Shown here: positions 11,282 through 22,787 of the stretch, piece by piece
Layout: each line of letters starts with the position of its first letter
Position numbering within the stretch: position 1 is the stretch's first letter
Assembly (NCBI GenBank): GCA_963833425.1
Contig: CAWHXP010000003.1
Location: 320,001-384,000, forward strand
DNA: 64,000 nucleotides
Reading direction: 5' to 3'
From: an uncultured Methanosarcinaceae archaeon
Lineage (GTDB): Archaea > Halobacteriota > Methanosarcinia > Methanosarcinales > Methanosarcinaceae
Made by a program: the position numbers and the translations under genes
Notes under the pieces: generated by a model
Database searches by the model: none
Seen by the model: only the letters and a program-made list of their open reading frames with translations
Told to the model about the DNA's origin: nothing

Positions 11282-12133
11282 TTATTTCAATTCTCTAGGC
11301 CGTTTATGCATGGGTATCACTGGCAATTCTGTAATAGTTATCAAAATCGGGCTTTTGATATCTTTTGCTCTCTCAATCACAAGTTCTTTTCCTTTCTGCG
11401 TGATGACAAATAATGGGATCGCAGCTGCTACTTGAACTAATGGTTTCGCGAGTTCCCTTATGTGCTTAGAAGCGCAGCTGGTCACTAGATCTGAATTTTC
11501 CAGAAGACCTTGAGCTTCTTCCTTGCTGACGCCTGTAACATGTACAGCAATTACTATAAGATCAAGCTCGAGTTCGGCTTCGAGTTCTCTCAGTTTTTTT
11601 GCGGTTTTTGAATTAGCTACGGTTACTGCTATCCTTTTGTAACCAAGATCGGCAGCTTTTTGTACTCCACCGACAGAATCAATAGCTGCTGTTTTAGTGT
11701 TGAGAACAGTTCCGCCGAATTTTTGAATCCCATTTATAATATCTTCGATGGGCTCAGTTATTATCAAACCTGACATCCTGCCTCCTATACCCTGGACAAG
11801 ATCTGGATTATTAGATATGGACGGTGCCTGCTCCGTCGCAGGCAGTTACAGTTGCCTCAAGTGAACCACTGCGTAAACCAGACATCATCATTTCGGAGGC
11901 TCCAAAAGCCACAAAAGTATCATGTTCAAGAAGTTGGCGGTTGGCTGTGAACATTCCTAAGTTACTGATCTTGGACTCTACATTCTTTTTAACTTTTTCT
12001 GAAGTAATTTTCTGGACTCCACTTAACTTGGCAATGAGGGGCACCATTCGATTTCAGAATCTCCAACTTCGATGACTTCGCCATCCTTTATCACTACCCT
12101 TGTTTTCCCCATTATTTCCATTATATGAGACAT
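11282..12133 (-). pseudogene. methanogenesis marker protein 8 (DUF2099), frameshifted
   Basis: MSHIMEIMGKTRVVIKDG..WCP / LIAKL..FGASEMMMSGL..TACDGAGTV / ISNNPDLVQGIGGRMSGL..VHVTG..SCASK; -1 near 12040 and +1 near 11818. Confidence 0.85.
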
Positions 12134-12259
12134 GATTACACCTTTTAATTTAGCAAAAGCACGATTGTCAGGAAACTAAAATTCTATACGAAATTCAAGA
12201 ATCATGAGAATTCGATAAAAATAACATTTCAGGTTTATGACTGAGCCTATCCAAAACTT

Positions 12260-12374
12260 TAGGAGTATGCGGTAGAATAATAATATCAGGCACAAACAGC
12301 CTCATCTGAATACTGAGGTTTAAACATTTAAGCGTTTAAAGCTGCTGTTTTTCAGTTCAACCGCATAAGTCCTA
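12260..12374. mobile_element. MITE family B copy
   Basis: taggagtatgcggtaga ... tcaaccgcataagtccta. Confidence 0.7.
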
Positions 12375-12685
12375 AACTTGAAATTTGTTTCTTTAACATC
12401 TTATTTTGAATGATTGATCGAATTTCTTATCGTGAATGCATTCTGAAAGTCTCTAAGAATTAAAAATGAAAAAACTTTTAGGTAAAGCTTCCTAAATAAT
12501 TCTTCACTAAATTATCTGCTGCGCACTTTTGGATCTGATTTCAGCTTTGGAGGTAAGTTTGGTAGAATGCATAATTTTCTGTAAAATTTGCTCTGTACCT
12601 TTTAATCTTCTTTCTAGATAACTATTCTAGTACTAGCTTGTTTCATATGATCTAAGATGGATCTTAATTAAATATAACGATATAA

Positions 12686-13818
12686 GAGGATTTCGATAAA
12701 CTTCGGATTTTATTTCTTAGCAGGAATTTCTCAGATCTTCCCCTCAATTTCTCTATTTAATTCCTCTTTTTGGCTTTATTTATTCTCAATTCTTTGATTT
12801 TAAAGATAGCTTCCGCTATCTTCAATATACTTTTTTTATTTTCAATGTCCTCAATTGATGGGGATTATAACAAAAAGCCGTACACAACATTTTTAGATTT
12901 ACTCTTTTAACAGTAGTAACAAAAAATCTTCCTGCTTTGGAAATTTCTTTTGTTACTGAATAAACTCTTTCCCCTTGGACTCTTTTTGAGCTAATTCTCT
13001 TATTTCTTAATATATCCCTTATTCCCAGAGTATGTCTTTTGACTGCTCTTTTCATTGTTGCATTATACCCTTTCGTTTTTGCTCCAAAGTATCCTCTGTC
13101 CTTATAAACCACTTCATTTTCCTCTGTCAAATCTACATACGAATCATGTACTGACGCAGTTGTTGTTTGAATCTTCTGATCAGCTCACAATCTCTGTCTA
13201 TTATATTATGAAGCTTATATCCAAAGTGAGACTTACCTCCCTTCTTTGTCCATGTTCCTTCTCTGCTTCTTCTTGTTTTTGCCTCATCTCTCTGCTTTTG
13301 CATGTCCTGGATCTGAATGGATAAAAGTAGCATCCTGAATCATTCCCTGCTTTATCTGTAAACCCAGAGCAGCAAGTTGGCTTTGCAACTTTCCCCATAT
13401 TTTCTTTGAAATTCTCGATAATTCTTTCCCTAAATAGCCATACAGTAGTACTGTCAGGTACGTATTCCGGAAATCCAAGGAATTTCCTAAAAGAAATTCG
13501 ATCTATACACTGTTTCTCAAGTTCAAAATCAGAGAGACCATGCCATTGTTGTAAAACAAGCATTTTGAACATCACAATGACATCAGTTTCAGGTCTCCCT
13601 CTTGAAACGGTTTTGTTAATAGACATAGACTCAAGAATAATACGAAACTTTTTCCAATCAATTCAGGAAGCAATTTCAGCAAGCTTATCTCCAACAGATT
13701 TAAGACGTTTATACTCTTCTTTAAGAGCAAAATCAGTAAGAGTTTTCATGAATATAGATAAATATTGACAAATTTAAAGTCAACAATGCTCAAGAGCATG
13801 GAGTTTATCGAAATTCTC
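12686..13818 (-). mobile_element. IS5-family element copy 1 (frameshifted transposase)
   Basis: TIRs GAGGATTTCGATAAAC / GTTTATCGAAATTCTC; fragments GRP..MFKMLVLQQW..LSD, IQDATFI, FGYKLH, DRGY. Confidence 0.93.
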
Positions 13819-13935
13819 TACAATTAGCAGAAAATAAAATGGAAAGGAAATAAATTCTAGTAAAAATAAGTCGAGTTCGAATGAAAACACTTTTAATTCT
13901 TTAAGCATTTTATTTGAAGAGTTCCATATTTGCTT

Positions 13936-14583
13936 TTAAAAGAGCCCTTTGAAATGGTTATGATAAACCATCCAGAATCCAAATAGTATGATAACCATTC
14001 CAGCTCCCTTTTTAAGGATTTCGTCATACCTTGATATGAGACGGAGTTTTGAGGACGAAAAATGAGCTGAATATGCTAACACGAGCATTGGCACTGAAAA
14101 TCCAAGAGAATAAATTGAAAGGGTGAATGCGCCGTTTGAAGTGCTTCCTTCAAGAGCAACCATGGCCAGGATCGCACCCAGGATTGGTCCTATACAAGGG
14201 ATCCAAAGCACTCCGAGGGAAAGCCCAAGCAAAAGACCCGAGATAGATCCTTCTGCATTCATATCTGCAAAAAGAGGGAACTTCGAAAAAGTGTTGAATA
14301 GGCTTAGTTCAAAAAGCAATGAAAAGCCCATTAAGAGGATCAAAATCTCTGCCACAATCTTCAGTTGACCTATATGACTCTGGAAAGCCGCCCCAAAGAT
14401 GGAAGTTACCACTCCCATTAAAATGAAGGATATTGAGACTCCAAGTACAATTGCAAGAGGCCGTATTTTGCTTTTTCCGGCGGATGTTGCCAGTACAGCT
14501 GGTAGAAGTGGCAGAATGCATGGAGACAGGACACTGAGAATTCCTGCGCCAAATGCAGTTAGAGGGGGAATAGTTTCGTACAT
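13936..14583 (-). CDS. ccdA: CcdA/DsbD-type thiol-disulfide membrane protein
   Basis: LSPCILPLLP and WIPCIGPIL motifs; about six TM segments. Confidence 0.92.
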   Translation of the reverse strand: MYETIPPLTAFGAGILSVLSPCILPLLPAVLATSAGKSKIRPLAIVLGVSISFILMGVVTSIFGAAFQSHIGQLKIVAEILILLMGFSLLFELSLFNTFSKFPLFADMNAEGSISGLLLGLSLGVLWIPCIGPILGAILAMVALEGSTSNGAFTLSIYSLGFSVPMLVLAYSAHFSSSKLRLISRYDEILKKGAGMVIILFGFWMVYHNHFKGLF

Positions 14584-14702
14584 GGTTCTTTTTGATTTTA
14601 GTATATCATTTTTTTATATAGTGTGTATTCTACCCTGAATTATGGGTTGATCAGAGACTTTTGCTTCCGGTCTACATGCGTACTTAGAAATTAGTCCATC
14701 AT

Positions 14703-15212
14703 CTACATAATTTTTTTATGTAGACTTGATTTTTGGATAGCTAGATCAAGAATTTTTTTGAATTCTTCTTTGTCCCTGAGCCCGAGAATCCTGGATTTTA
14801 ATCTATTATTGCTGATGTTCCCATCTTCTTGAATGTAAACATATTTCCCGTTTTCAATACCTATTATCACAGAGGAGTCGGGAATAGAGTTTACTACGAA
14901 ATAATTTGCAAATTGAAAACTGTTGTCTGCGTCTACGGTCATTATCGTTGCTTTCCCGTCATATTCTGTTGCCAGTTCACTAAGTATTGGTTTCATTTCC
15001 TGGCATGGTCCACACCAATCAGCTCCGATTTTTAAAAGAACTGGACCTTTTTGAAGAGAGTTGTTTATCTGCTCCAGTTGGGTAGCTTCCACGACATGAT
15101 TTTTTTCCGAAATATTCTGGAGGTTCGGGGAGTTTTTCGGGCCTCCATCAGTACATCCTGCCGTAAAGAGCACAACAGATAGCAGGATTAAAAGTATAAT
15201 AAATTTCATCAT
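14703..15212 (-). CDS. exported thioredoxin (lipoprotein)
   Basis: signal peptide with TAGC lipobox; WCGPC; upstream of ccdA. Confidence 0.9.
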   Translation of the reverse strand: MMKFIILLILLSVVLFTAGCTDGGPKNSPNLQNISEKNHVVEATQLEQINNSLQKGPVLLKIGADWCGPCQEMKPILSELATEYDGKATIMTVDADNSFQFANYFVVNSIPDSSVIIGIENGKYVYIQEDGNISNNRLKSRILGLRDKEEFKKILDLAIQKSSLHKKIM

Positions 15213-16029
15213 ATTCTCAGCGTTAAAATTTATGTTGTAATTCTTTGTTTCTTCTGTATTAATAATTTTCCGTAGTTGTTTGAAATTTGACTATATGATT
15301 AATAATGCAGCTGAAAATATTTACTTAATGAGAAACAGAGTACGAAAATCAGATTTTATTATTTCTATCGGTCTTGCAAAGATGAACGATACTAGTGAGT
15401 TACCAAATAAAAGAAATAGAACTGATAAGCAGGAATATGAAATCTAACTTTCAATGAATCATAATGGACAAATAGGCAAACAAATAATACAGCTGTGTAC
15501 ATCTGCAGGATCCTTGACTTAATATAATTTTAAATAATTTATCAATTATATATAAGGTATTTTCGAATTTAGTCAGTCTAAAAAATATTTTCTGCAAATC
15601 AGAGGAATATATAATTATTCTTCAAGCTAGTGAGTCGTTGATAAAAGCAAAAAAAATAATTCTATTTCTGGTATAGAGACCGCCTGTCCACTGTTACATC
15701 GCCTGATTATTTAGTATCGCTGATAGACATATAATCGGCAGTATTCCATATTTGCAGTAAATACAAGTTAAATTTTAATATATTGTATTAAAATGAGTTC
15801 TTCCGAAATGTGATTCACTCCCATAATTTCTTGATATTTGCTAATTTATAGAAATAAACGTAGATATGAAATTCTTCGAGTAATGGGCTTAAATAAATAG
15901 AAAAATAATACTCTTCCTATTTTTGTGAAGATTGACGATCACTAGTTTGGGCAGGAAGTTAATTCTAATTTTAGTCTTCAATACTGTTCAAAAACGAATC
16001 AGTTAATTTTCATCTAGATCGCAAGACAG

Positions 16030-16117
16030 GAGAATTTCGATAAATCCCTGAATTATTTTCTATGCGTATAATTTGTGCATAGTGACTCTTGAAGATCAGA
16101 AGTTTTCGAAATATCCT
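16030..16117 (+). mobile_element. MITE family A copy
   Basis: gagaatttcgataaatccctgaatt...gactcttgaagatcagaagttttcgaaat. Confidence 0.8.
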
Positions 16118-16164
16118 TAGGATATTTATTTATGAATCCAGTGACAGACGTAAAATTTAAAATA

Positions 16165-16261
16165 TAGAACTTATACGTTTGATGAATAAATTCAAGTATA
16201 TGATCTCGTGATTATTTAGTATTTAATGCCGCAGTTTTTCGGCTCAACTGCATAAATCTTA
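16165..16261. mobile_element. MITE family B copy
   Basis: tagaacttatacgtttga ... tcaactgcataaatctta. Confidence 0.6.
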
Positions 16262-16651
16262 AATGAATATAATTTTGAAACTCCGTTGCAATCTTTTGGA
16301 CCTATCCATATCTATCCATATATTACTGTATGAGGGTATCAAATAATGAATTTACTTAAAGAATGATTCTCCCTGAAATATAATATTTTTATCAAAAATA
16401 TGGCGATCACTGGATCTTGGGATAAAGTCCAAAAATGCCTTAAATTAGACCTCTAGTCTCTCTATAACGCCAAAAATTTAAATAAATACGCATAAAGATC
16501 CCTGAAAGCATTCCTTATAGATTGAGATTACTTGTTTCCCGAGATATCAAAAATATATCCATGGGTTTTCCAAAGTGTGCCTTCCGATATCATGAAATTT
16601 GCAAGGTAAGGCTTGAGGTATAGTATTATCATCGATTAAGGATTATGATAT

Positions 16652-16741
16652 GAGGATTGTAGATAAACTTCTGATTATCACGAGTCATTACTACACAATT
16701 TATAAGCATAGGAAATAATTCAGGGATTTATCGAAATTCTC
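16652..16741 (-). mobile_element. MITE family A copy (inverted sister of 16030-16117)
   Basis: reverse complement closely matches the 16030 copy; ends gggatttatcgaaattctc. Confidence 0.85.
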
Positions 16742-16764
16742 TAGAAATTTCACGAGGTGAAACT

Positions 16765-17793
16765 TTGAAAAAACTACACATTATACTCATTTTATTGCTG
16801 ATTACCTCTGTCTTCGTATCCGGTTGTGTATCCAATAAAGGAAACGTATCCACTAATGAAAGCGAAGCTAAAGGAGTATCTCCAATTGAGGAACTGAAGT
16901 TTGGCTATCAGCCAAGCACCCACCATATTGCATTTATGGTTGCAGATGAAAAAGGGTGGTGGAAAACGAATCTTGCACCTTACGGAGTCAAGGGTATCAA
17001 AGGGCATGTATTCCAGACAGGACCTCCCGAAATGCAGGCTATGATGGCTGGAGATCTGGACGTGGCATATGTTGGGGCAGCCCCTGCTATTACAGCCCTT
17101 AGCCAGGGTCTTGACGCAAAGATTGTTGAGCCAGTAAATATAAATGGTTCAAGTCTTGTTCTAAGACCAGAATACAATTATACAGGTCCTCAGAACTTAA
17201 AAGGACTTAAAATAGCTACCTATCCACCAGGATCAATTCAGAATACGCTATTGAGAAAATGGCTCAAAGAAAACGAAATTGACCCTGAGAAAGATGTGAC
17301 AATCGTTGGAATGGCAGCAGCAGGAGATGCCATCAGCGCCATTTCAGCTAAAAAGGTAGACGCCGTATTCCTGCCTCACCCCTCCCCAACAAGTATAGAA
17401 AAGGAAGGAAATGGGCGTACTATCGTACAATCTGGACAGATGGAACCTAATCACGTATGCTGTGTTCTTTTGATAAGCGGAAAACTTATCCGTGACCATC
17501 CGGATATTGTAGAGCAGGTTGTAAAAACACATATTAATGCAACCAAATACACCACGGAGCACAAGGACGAAGCTGCTCAAATTTTATCAAATAAGACTTC
17601 AGAGAATCTTGAAGCTGTAAAGGCATCTCTAACAAACTGGGATGGTGAGCTGATTACAGATCCTGACCTGATAGAAAACTCAACTGTCGATTTCTCGAAC
17701 GTTTTATATGGGCTGAATTACACTCAAAAGCCTTTGACAAAAAATGATATATTTGATACGAGTTTTTACAAGAAAGCTATCAATGAGAAATGA
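16765..17793 (+). CDS. NitT/TauT/SsuA-family ABC substrate-binding lipoprotein
   Basis: VSGC lipobox; GYQPSTHH, FQTGPPEMQAMMAGDLDVAYVG, GSIQ motifs; RBS gaggtga with TTG start. Confidence 0.9.
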   Translation: MKKLHIILILLLITSVFVSGCVSNKGNVSTNESEAKGVSPIEELKFGYQPSTHHIAFMVADEKGWWKTNLAPYGVKGIKGHVFQTGPPEMQAMMAGDLDVAYVGAAPAITALSQGLDAKIVEPVNINGSSLVLRPEYNYTGPQNLKGLKIATYPPGSIQNTLLRKWLKENEIDPEKDVTIVGMAAAGDAISAISAKKVDAVFLPHPSPTSIEKEGNGRTIVQSGQMEPNHVCCVLLISGKLIRDHPDIVEQVVKTHINATKYTTEHKDEAAQILSNKTSENLEAVKASLTNWDGELITDPDLIENSTVDFSNVLYGLNYTQKPLTKNDIFDTSFYKKAINEK

Positions 17794-18291
17794 GGCAGAA
17801 GAAATATAGTAACTATTCGTCATACAAAAAATAATCTGGAAGATATCTATTTTGATCAATAGATTCTTCCGATTATTAACTAATAAAAAAATAAAAAATA
17901 TGATCAATAACCGACATTTAAATACAATCAGTCCGAAGAAATCTGCTTATAAAATTGTATTAAAGATGGTTAATGATCTTTTTTTTAAAGGGCTGGATAG
18001 CTACTAAAGAGATTATATAAATATAATCAAGATTTACAAATACCTCTGTTTTCATAAGGAGGGAATTAAAATTATTATTCTTTTCTGAAAAATGATGTAT
18101 GTGGAAGAGATCAAAAAGTAATAATTATTTGGAAATCTATTTTTAGCAGGTTGATGTTTTGAAGCATCTAAATGCCAGTAAATCCTTTATGTACAGTTTG
18201 ATTTCGCAATTTTTACCTCTCTTACAAGTATATTTTACATTTAATGCTTCTTCCATCTTCAGATGTTAATTCACATGCTTTCTGTAGAGTG

Positions 18292-18470
18292 TGAACTCCT
18301 CCCTATCGGCCGAGGAGGGGGCTTCCTTCGAGTAATTCCTTTATTATTGAAGTGAGGTCACAAGCATACCCCGTTTCCTGCACTGGGTGTGATACTGAAA
18401 TTTTGATTCCAGCAACAAAATTTTAAGGACCAATATCGAAAATAATTTCATCTTATCTAAACAATAATAA
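18292..18470 (-). mobile_element. IS200/IS605 right-end (omegaRNA-like) remnant
   Basis: minus strand ends gaagccccctcctcggccgatagggaggagttcac (hairpin plus TTCAC), preceded by a very decayed tnpB-like tail. Confidence 0.55.
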
Positions 18471-18701
18471 AATCCACAATATGTAAAAGTAAGTTAATAA
18501 TGTAGCGATAAAACCAATAAAAAGTTCCCAAAGTAATCTCGTATATTGCCAACAAACAACATAAAATGATATTAAAAAAATAATATTAATAATTCTAATA
18601 ATAATGATGTAAAGGCAATATTTATGCAAAAATGACTATTTTTAGTCTTGTTTAACTATATGCTAGTACAAAATTCCAGTTTCTGAACGAATTTATAAAT
18701 A

Positions 18702-19409
18702 TTATAAGTTTTGGCACTCAGCTACGAGCTTTTCCACCAATTTCTGCTGAATTGCAGTTTTTCTGTTCCCACCACAAACCATACCCCGAACGCCAATGAT
18801 GTCAGGTCCTATTCTTTCAAGCGCCGGTAGGTCATCAAATTTCAGAGAGCCAGCGATTGCATTCTCAAGTCCATATTCATGAGCAAGGTCAGTGAAAGTT
18901 TGAAGTATTTTCTCATCCATGAATTCGAAAGTAGATTTTCCATCCTTGATTGCGGTATCTACCATGACTACATCTGCCTTAGCCTTTGCTGCAATTGCGG
19001 AAAGCGATAAGGGTGGAATCGAATTAATTCGTTTATAGTCTGAATATCCTGAGGCGACTATTTTCTTTGTTGAGTCATAGTTCTTGACAGCTCTTATTAT
19101 GTTTATAAGAAGCTCGAGTGCTTGTGCTTGAGTTTGAATGTCGTAAAGGCCCACTTTAATGTAGTCTGCTCCCGCAACCGCCGCTCCTAAAGCTGCAAGA
19201 GAAGCGGTTCCGGGTTTGTAATTAAAATCTCCTATTGTTGCGCTTATAGGCTGTTTTCCATTTACAGCTTCTTCGACATCTCGAATTATCCATGGGAAAT
19301 TGGCTCCAAGGGAACCTTCTATTGGGTTTTTGACATCCACAATATCAGCTCCTCCTTTTGAAGCGGTTATAGCTTCCTCTTTATTAATTGCACTTACAAG
19401 CAGTTTCAT
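18702..19409 (-). CDS. mfnB: (5-formylfuran-3-yl)methyl phosphate synthase (methanofuran biosynthesis)
   Basis: MKLLVS..GGADIVDVKNPxEGSLGANFPW..SATIGD..DYIKVG..MVDTAIKDG..GVRG. Confidence 0.95.
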   Translation of the reverse strand: MKLLVSAINKEEAITASKGGADIVDVKNPIEGSLGANFPWIIRDVEEAVNGKQPISATIGDFNYKPGTASLAALGAAVAGADYIKVGLYDIQTQAQALELLINIIRAVKNYDSTKKIVASGYSDYKRINSIPPLSLSAIAAKAKADVVMVDTAIKDGKSTFEFMDEKILQTFTDLAHEYGLENAIAGSLKFDDLPALERIGPDIIGVRGMVCGGNRKTAIQQKLVEKLVAECQNL

Positions 19410-19489
19410 AGAAATCCTCTAAAGCAGTGCGGAATTAGAATCGTTATAATGAATATTGATTTTTGGTATGCAAGTACTGAAGGGGGGTC

Positions 19490-20030
19490 CTCTCAAGTAT
19501 TCACACTATCCTCTTTTCCCACAACTACGATTATTTCACTATTTATTTTTATAATTTTATCAACCGCGGACATCCCAGGCTCAATAAGTTTCTTCCTATC
19601 TAATTCTTCACTTTTGACATCCTATTTCATCCTAGTACATCTCATAATTGTAATAAGATTAATAATTGTTGCAATTTTCCTTGCTGTGGTACTAATTACC
19701 ATCTTGTGTCCATTTGATTTCATCTTCCAGTTAAAAAATTTTCTTAAATTATTGGTTTTCTTTTTTGCTGTAGCCTGAGCAATCTGTATTAGAATCTATA
19801 TTAATATTGTTGGTCCTCTTTTTTGATTTTCCTGTTGCGATTTTCCAATTATGGAAATGGATATGCAGATTGGACTAAATGCTGAATTACTCCAAACCAT
19901 GGAGTAAATGATCTCCTCAAGAAAAATTTATTAATTGCCTATTTAGCAATTAGATTTTCTGCCCCAATTCCCTCAATACCCGTAAAAGTTATTAATATAT
20001 CCATTTTTCCTTATGTTTTCAATAAGCATA
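19490..20030 (-). mobile_element. IS110-family transposase C-terminal remnant
   Basis: KHKEKMDILITFTGIEGIGAENLIA...ILIQIAQATAKKK..FFNWK....ARKIATII with many stops. Confidence 0.7.
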
Positions 20031-20193
20031 GTAGAATATTTCTACCTATGAAGTTTCGATTTAACCGTCAAAATGTTTTATAAGATTCTGGATTTTCTGC
20101 AGACTGGCTAAGAGCTGTGAAAAATAGGTCTCTATCATGAATATCTATAAGCTGAACATTTTTTTTACGAGAAGTTAGCAAAAGGCTTTCTAT

Positions 20194-20280
20194 GAGAATT
20201 TCGATAAACCTCCAATTTCAAATATTTTCTGAAACATTCATATCTATAACCAGCCAAAAATTAGGGTTATTGAAATCTTC
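20194..20280. mobile_element. MITE family A copy
   Basis: gagaatttcgataaacc...gggttattgaaatcttc. Confidence 0.75.
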
Positions 20281-20284
20281 TATA

Positions 20285-20990
20285 AGGAATTTTTATAAAC
20301 TCTATCATTCGCGCATTGTGGAGTCGAGATCTCTCAACATTAATTTACTAACGAAAAATATTACTGATTTTGCTCTTAGAACTAAATACAAATTTTTTCT
20401 CTCAGTTGATGACGAAATTGTTGAAATTGATTCCTGAATTGATTGGAAGTTTTTTCGTATCATTTTTGAGTCCATTCATTTTAACAAAACGGTTTTCTGA
20501 GGCAGACCTGGAGATGAAGTCATTATTATGTTCAAAATACTTGTTTTAAAATAATGGTATGATTTTTTTTTCCCGACTTTGAAATTGTGAAGCAATGAAT
20601 TTATCGGATTTCTTTCAGAAAATTTATTGATTTTTCCTTTGTACATACCATAAAATATCACATTCTGATCATTCAGGAAAAGAATTATTGATAACTTCAA
20701 AGAAGAATAAATCAATGAATAGTTGAAAAGCCACCTTGATAGCCTTGGGTTGAAATAAAAAAGGACAATTCAGGACGCTACTTTTATCCATCAGATCTTG
20801 TACACGTAAAAAGTAGATAAATATCAAAAAGCTGGAGCAAAAAAAGATGATCAGAGATTGAAATAAATGAAAAAGGTAAAAACCTTACTTTGGATCTAAA
20901 GTACATTGCATAATATACCGGAATTCTTAGCTGATAAGAAATAAAAACCGAAGTTTATCGAAAAAACGATGATGGTATTATCTAGAAAGG
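20285..20990 (+). mobile_element. old, decayed IS5-family copy
   Basis: TDFALRTKYK..EIDS*IDWKFFRII..RPGDEVIIMFKILVL..IQDATFIH; homologous to the young copies but far more eroded. Confidence 0.8.
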
Positions 20991-20999
20991 TAAAATAAG

Positions 21000-21090
21000 G
21001 AAAATTTCGATAAACCTTCGATTTCAACAAATCGCTTATCTATAATCATTATGAATAACGAGTCAAAAATTGGGATTAATCGAAATTTTC
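21000..21090. mobile_element. MITE family A copy
   Basis: gaaaatttcgataaacc...gggattaatcgaaattttc. Confidence 0.75.
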
Positions 21091-21199
21091 TACAAATAAT
21101 TCTTTGTTGCTAAGTTCTTTGTAATCTCCATGATGAAGTTTAAAGAAGTATATTTTGTAAGTTATCTATGTGAATAATTTGCCTAGCTTAGTCATTTCT

Positions 21200-21424
21200 T
21201 TATCTTATCATTTCTTTATCTTTTCGAATATCTACTATAGATTCTTTCGCTATCGAGATCCTTTTTTCCATATCAATTATTTTTAGTTCTATAAATTCTA
21301 TTGTTCTGTCCAGTTTTCTTTCTGTAAATTTCCTTTTCTGTTCTTCAGTTAGAAGTTCCAATGTCTCAGCCAGTGCAGTCTGCACCACTGGCCCTAGGTT
21401 TGTAAAGCAAATATCATCATTCAT
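21200..21424 (-). CDS. small coiled-coil protein, paralogue 2
   Basis: aggag RBS; DICFTNLGP..TALAETLELLTEEQKRK..IELKIIDMEKRI; clearly paralogous to the upstream gene. Confidence 0.8.
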   Translation of the reverse strand: MNDDICFTNLGPVVQTALAETLELLTEEQKRKFTERKLDRTIEFIELKIIDMEKRISIAKESIVDIRKDKEMIR

Positions 21425-21466
21425 GTTTAAATATCTCCTTTTACTTATTTTTGATAATTATTTTGT

Positions 21467-21491
21467 ATATCCTGGTAAAAAACCAGGATAT
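21467..21491. terminator. intergenic 10-bp stem hairpin
   Basis: ATATCCTGGT-aaaaa-ACCAGGATAT between the two paralogues. Confidence 0.45.
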
Positions 21492-21522
21492 CAACAAATT
21501 TAGATGGTATTCTCTGTCGAAC

Positions 21523-21756
21523 TTATTTACTTAGTGCAATCATTTCCTTAACTTTTCGAATATTTTCAATAATTCCTTTAGCTATCAAAATCCTCTGTTC
21601 CATATCATTTATTTTCAGCTCGATGCCTTTTATTACTGTATCCATTCTCATGTGTGTAACTTTCTTTTTCTGTTCTTCAGTCAGAAGTCCCCATGTCTCA
21701 GCAATTGCAGTTTGCATTGCTGGACCTAAGTCTGTAAAATGAATGTCCTGGTTCAT
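21523..21756 (-). CDS. small coiled-coil protein, paralogue 1
   Basis: start reassigned to MNQDIHF by alignment with paralogue 2 and a near-identical RBS context (aaaaggagatattt.aacATG). Confidence 0.8.
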   Translation of the reverse strand: MNQDIHFTDLGPAMQTAIAETWGLLTEEQKKKVTHMRMDTVIKGIELKINDMEQRILIAKGIIENIRKVKEMIALSK

Positions 21757-22787
21757 GTTCAAATATCTCCTTTTATTCATCCTTTTTTATCATTCAAAAT
21801 AATACATTTAATTTTTTAGAAACAATTCAACCTGAGAGAACAACATTAATAGCCATCTTTTCAAAAATCCACTAATGCATGAAGATTCGCGGAGCAAAAT
21901 TCGAGTGGGTTTATTTGATCCATTTGCCGGCTATCAATCAGTTTTTATCATCAGTTGATATTTAGAGGCATCGGTTGCATTAAAATCGCCGTTCATCAAC
22001 TGATTTTTATCTAGGCTGAGTGGTTATTCTTTTATTTCATGCCCACTTCGATTGTATGTTAGTGGTTACATACTATATACATATTAAGTATATATAGTTT
22101 TTGAGTTGATTTAGTACTTCACTGTTACAATTAATACATTTAAATTTTTTTAATAACTATTCCGCCTAGGAAAAGCAATAATGTTCTCCATTTTTATTAA
22201 TGTTTAAAAAAAGGACCCAATAGGCTTATTTCAGTTAATTATTGACTATTAATCCGTTTTTTATTTATCAATTAGTCGTTAATCAGAAATGTGCACCATG
22301 TCGAGATAAATGCCATACTATCATTTTTAGATAGCACAATAGTCGCTCCTTTTAGTTTATGTGGCCTCATATGTAAGTTAGTTATCACATAGTTAAATAA
22401 AGTTTTTGAGTCACTTCGAGACTTCACTAACCAGCAAGCGATAATTTCAAAACCATATCTTTTTGTTTTAACCTTATTAAAAAATGATATACAGCAAGCT
22501 GTATCTATTTTCTCTGCAATTTTAGGAGTATATGTGTATATGAGCGATTTGATTTGCTATTCACATCGGTAATCCACAATAAATAGTGGACAAATAAGCA
22601 AACAAATATACATATGTGCACCCCTGCAAGTGGCGAGTGGATTCAGAGATTACTCACATGACAAATAATCTAATTTTTTAGACGCTCGTTTTACACAGGT
22701 ATTATTCTCACTCAAAGCCAAATTACACAAAATTCTCATATTCGTTACTCAAAATCCTTAAATATATGTGAGTAACGACTTAACATT

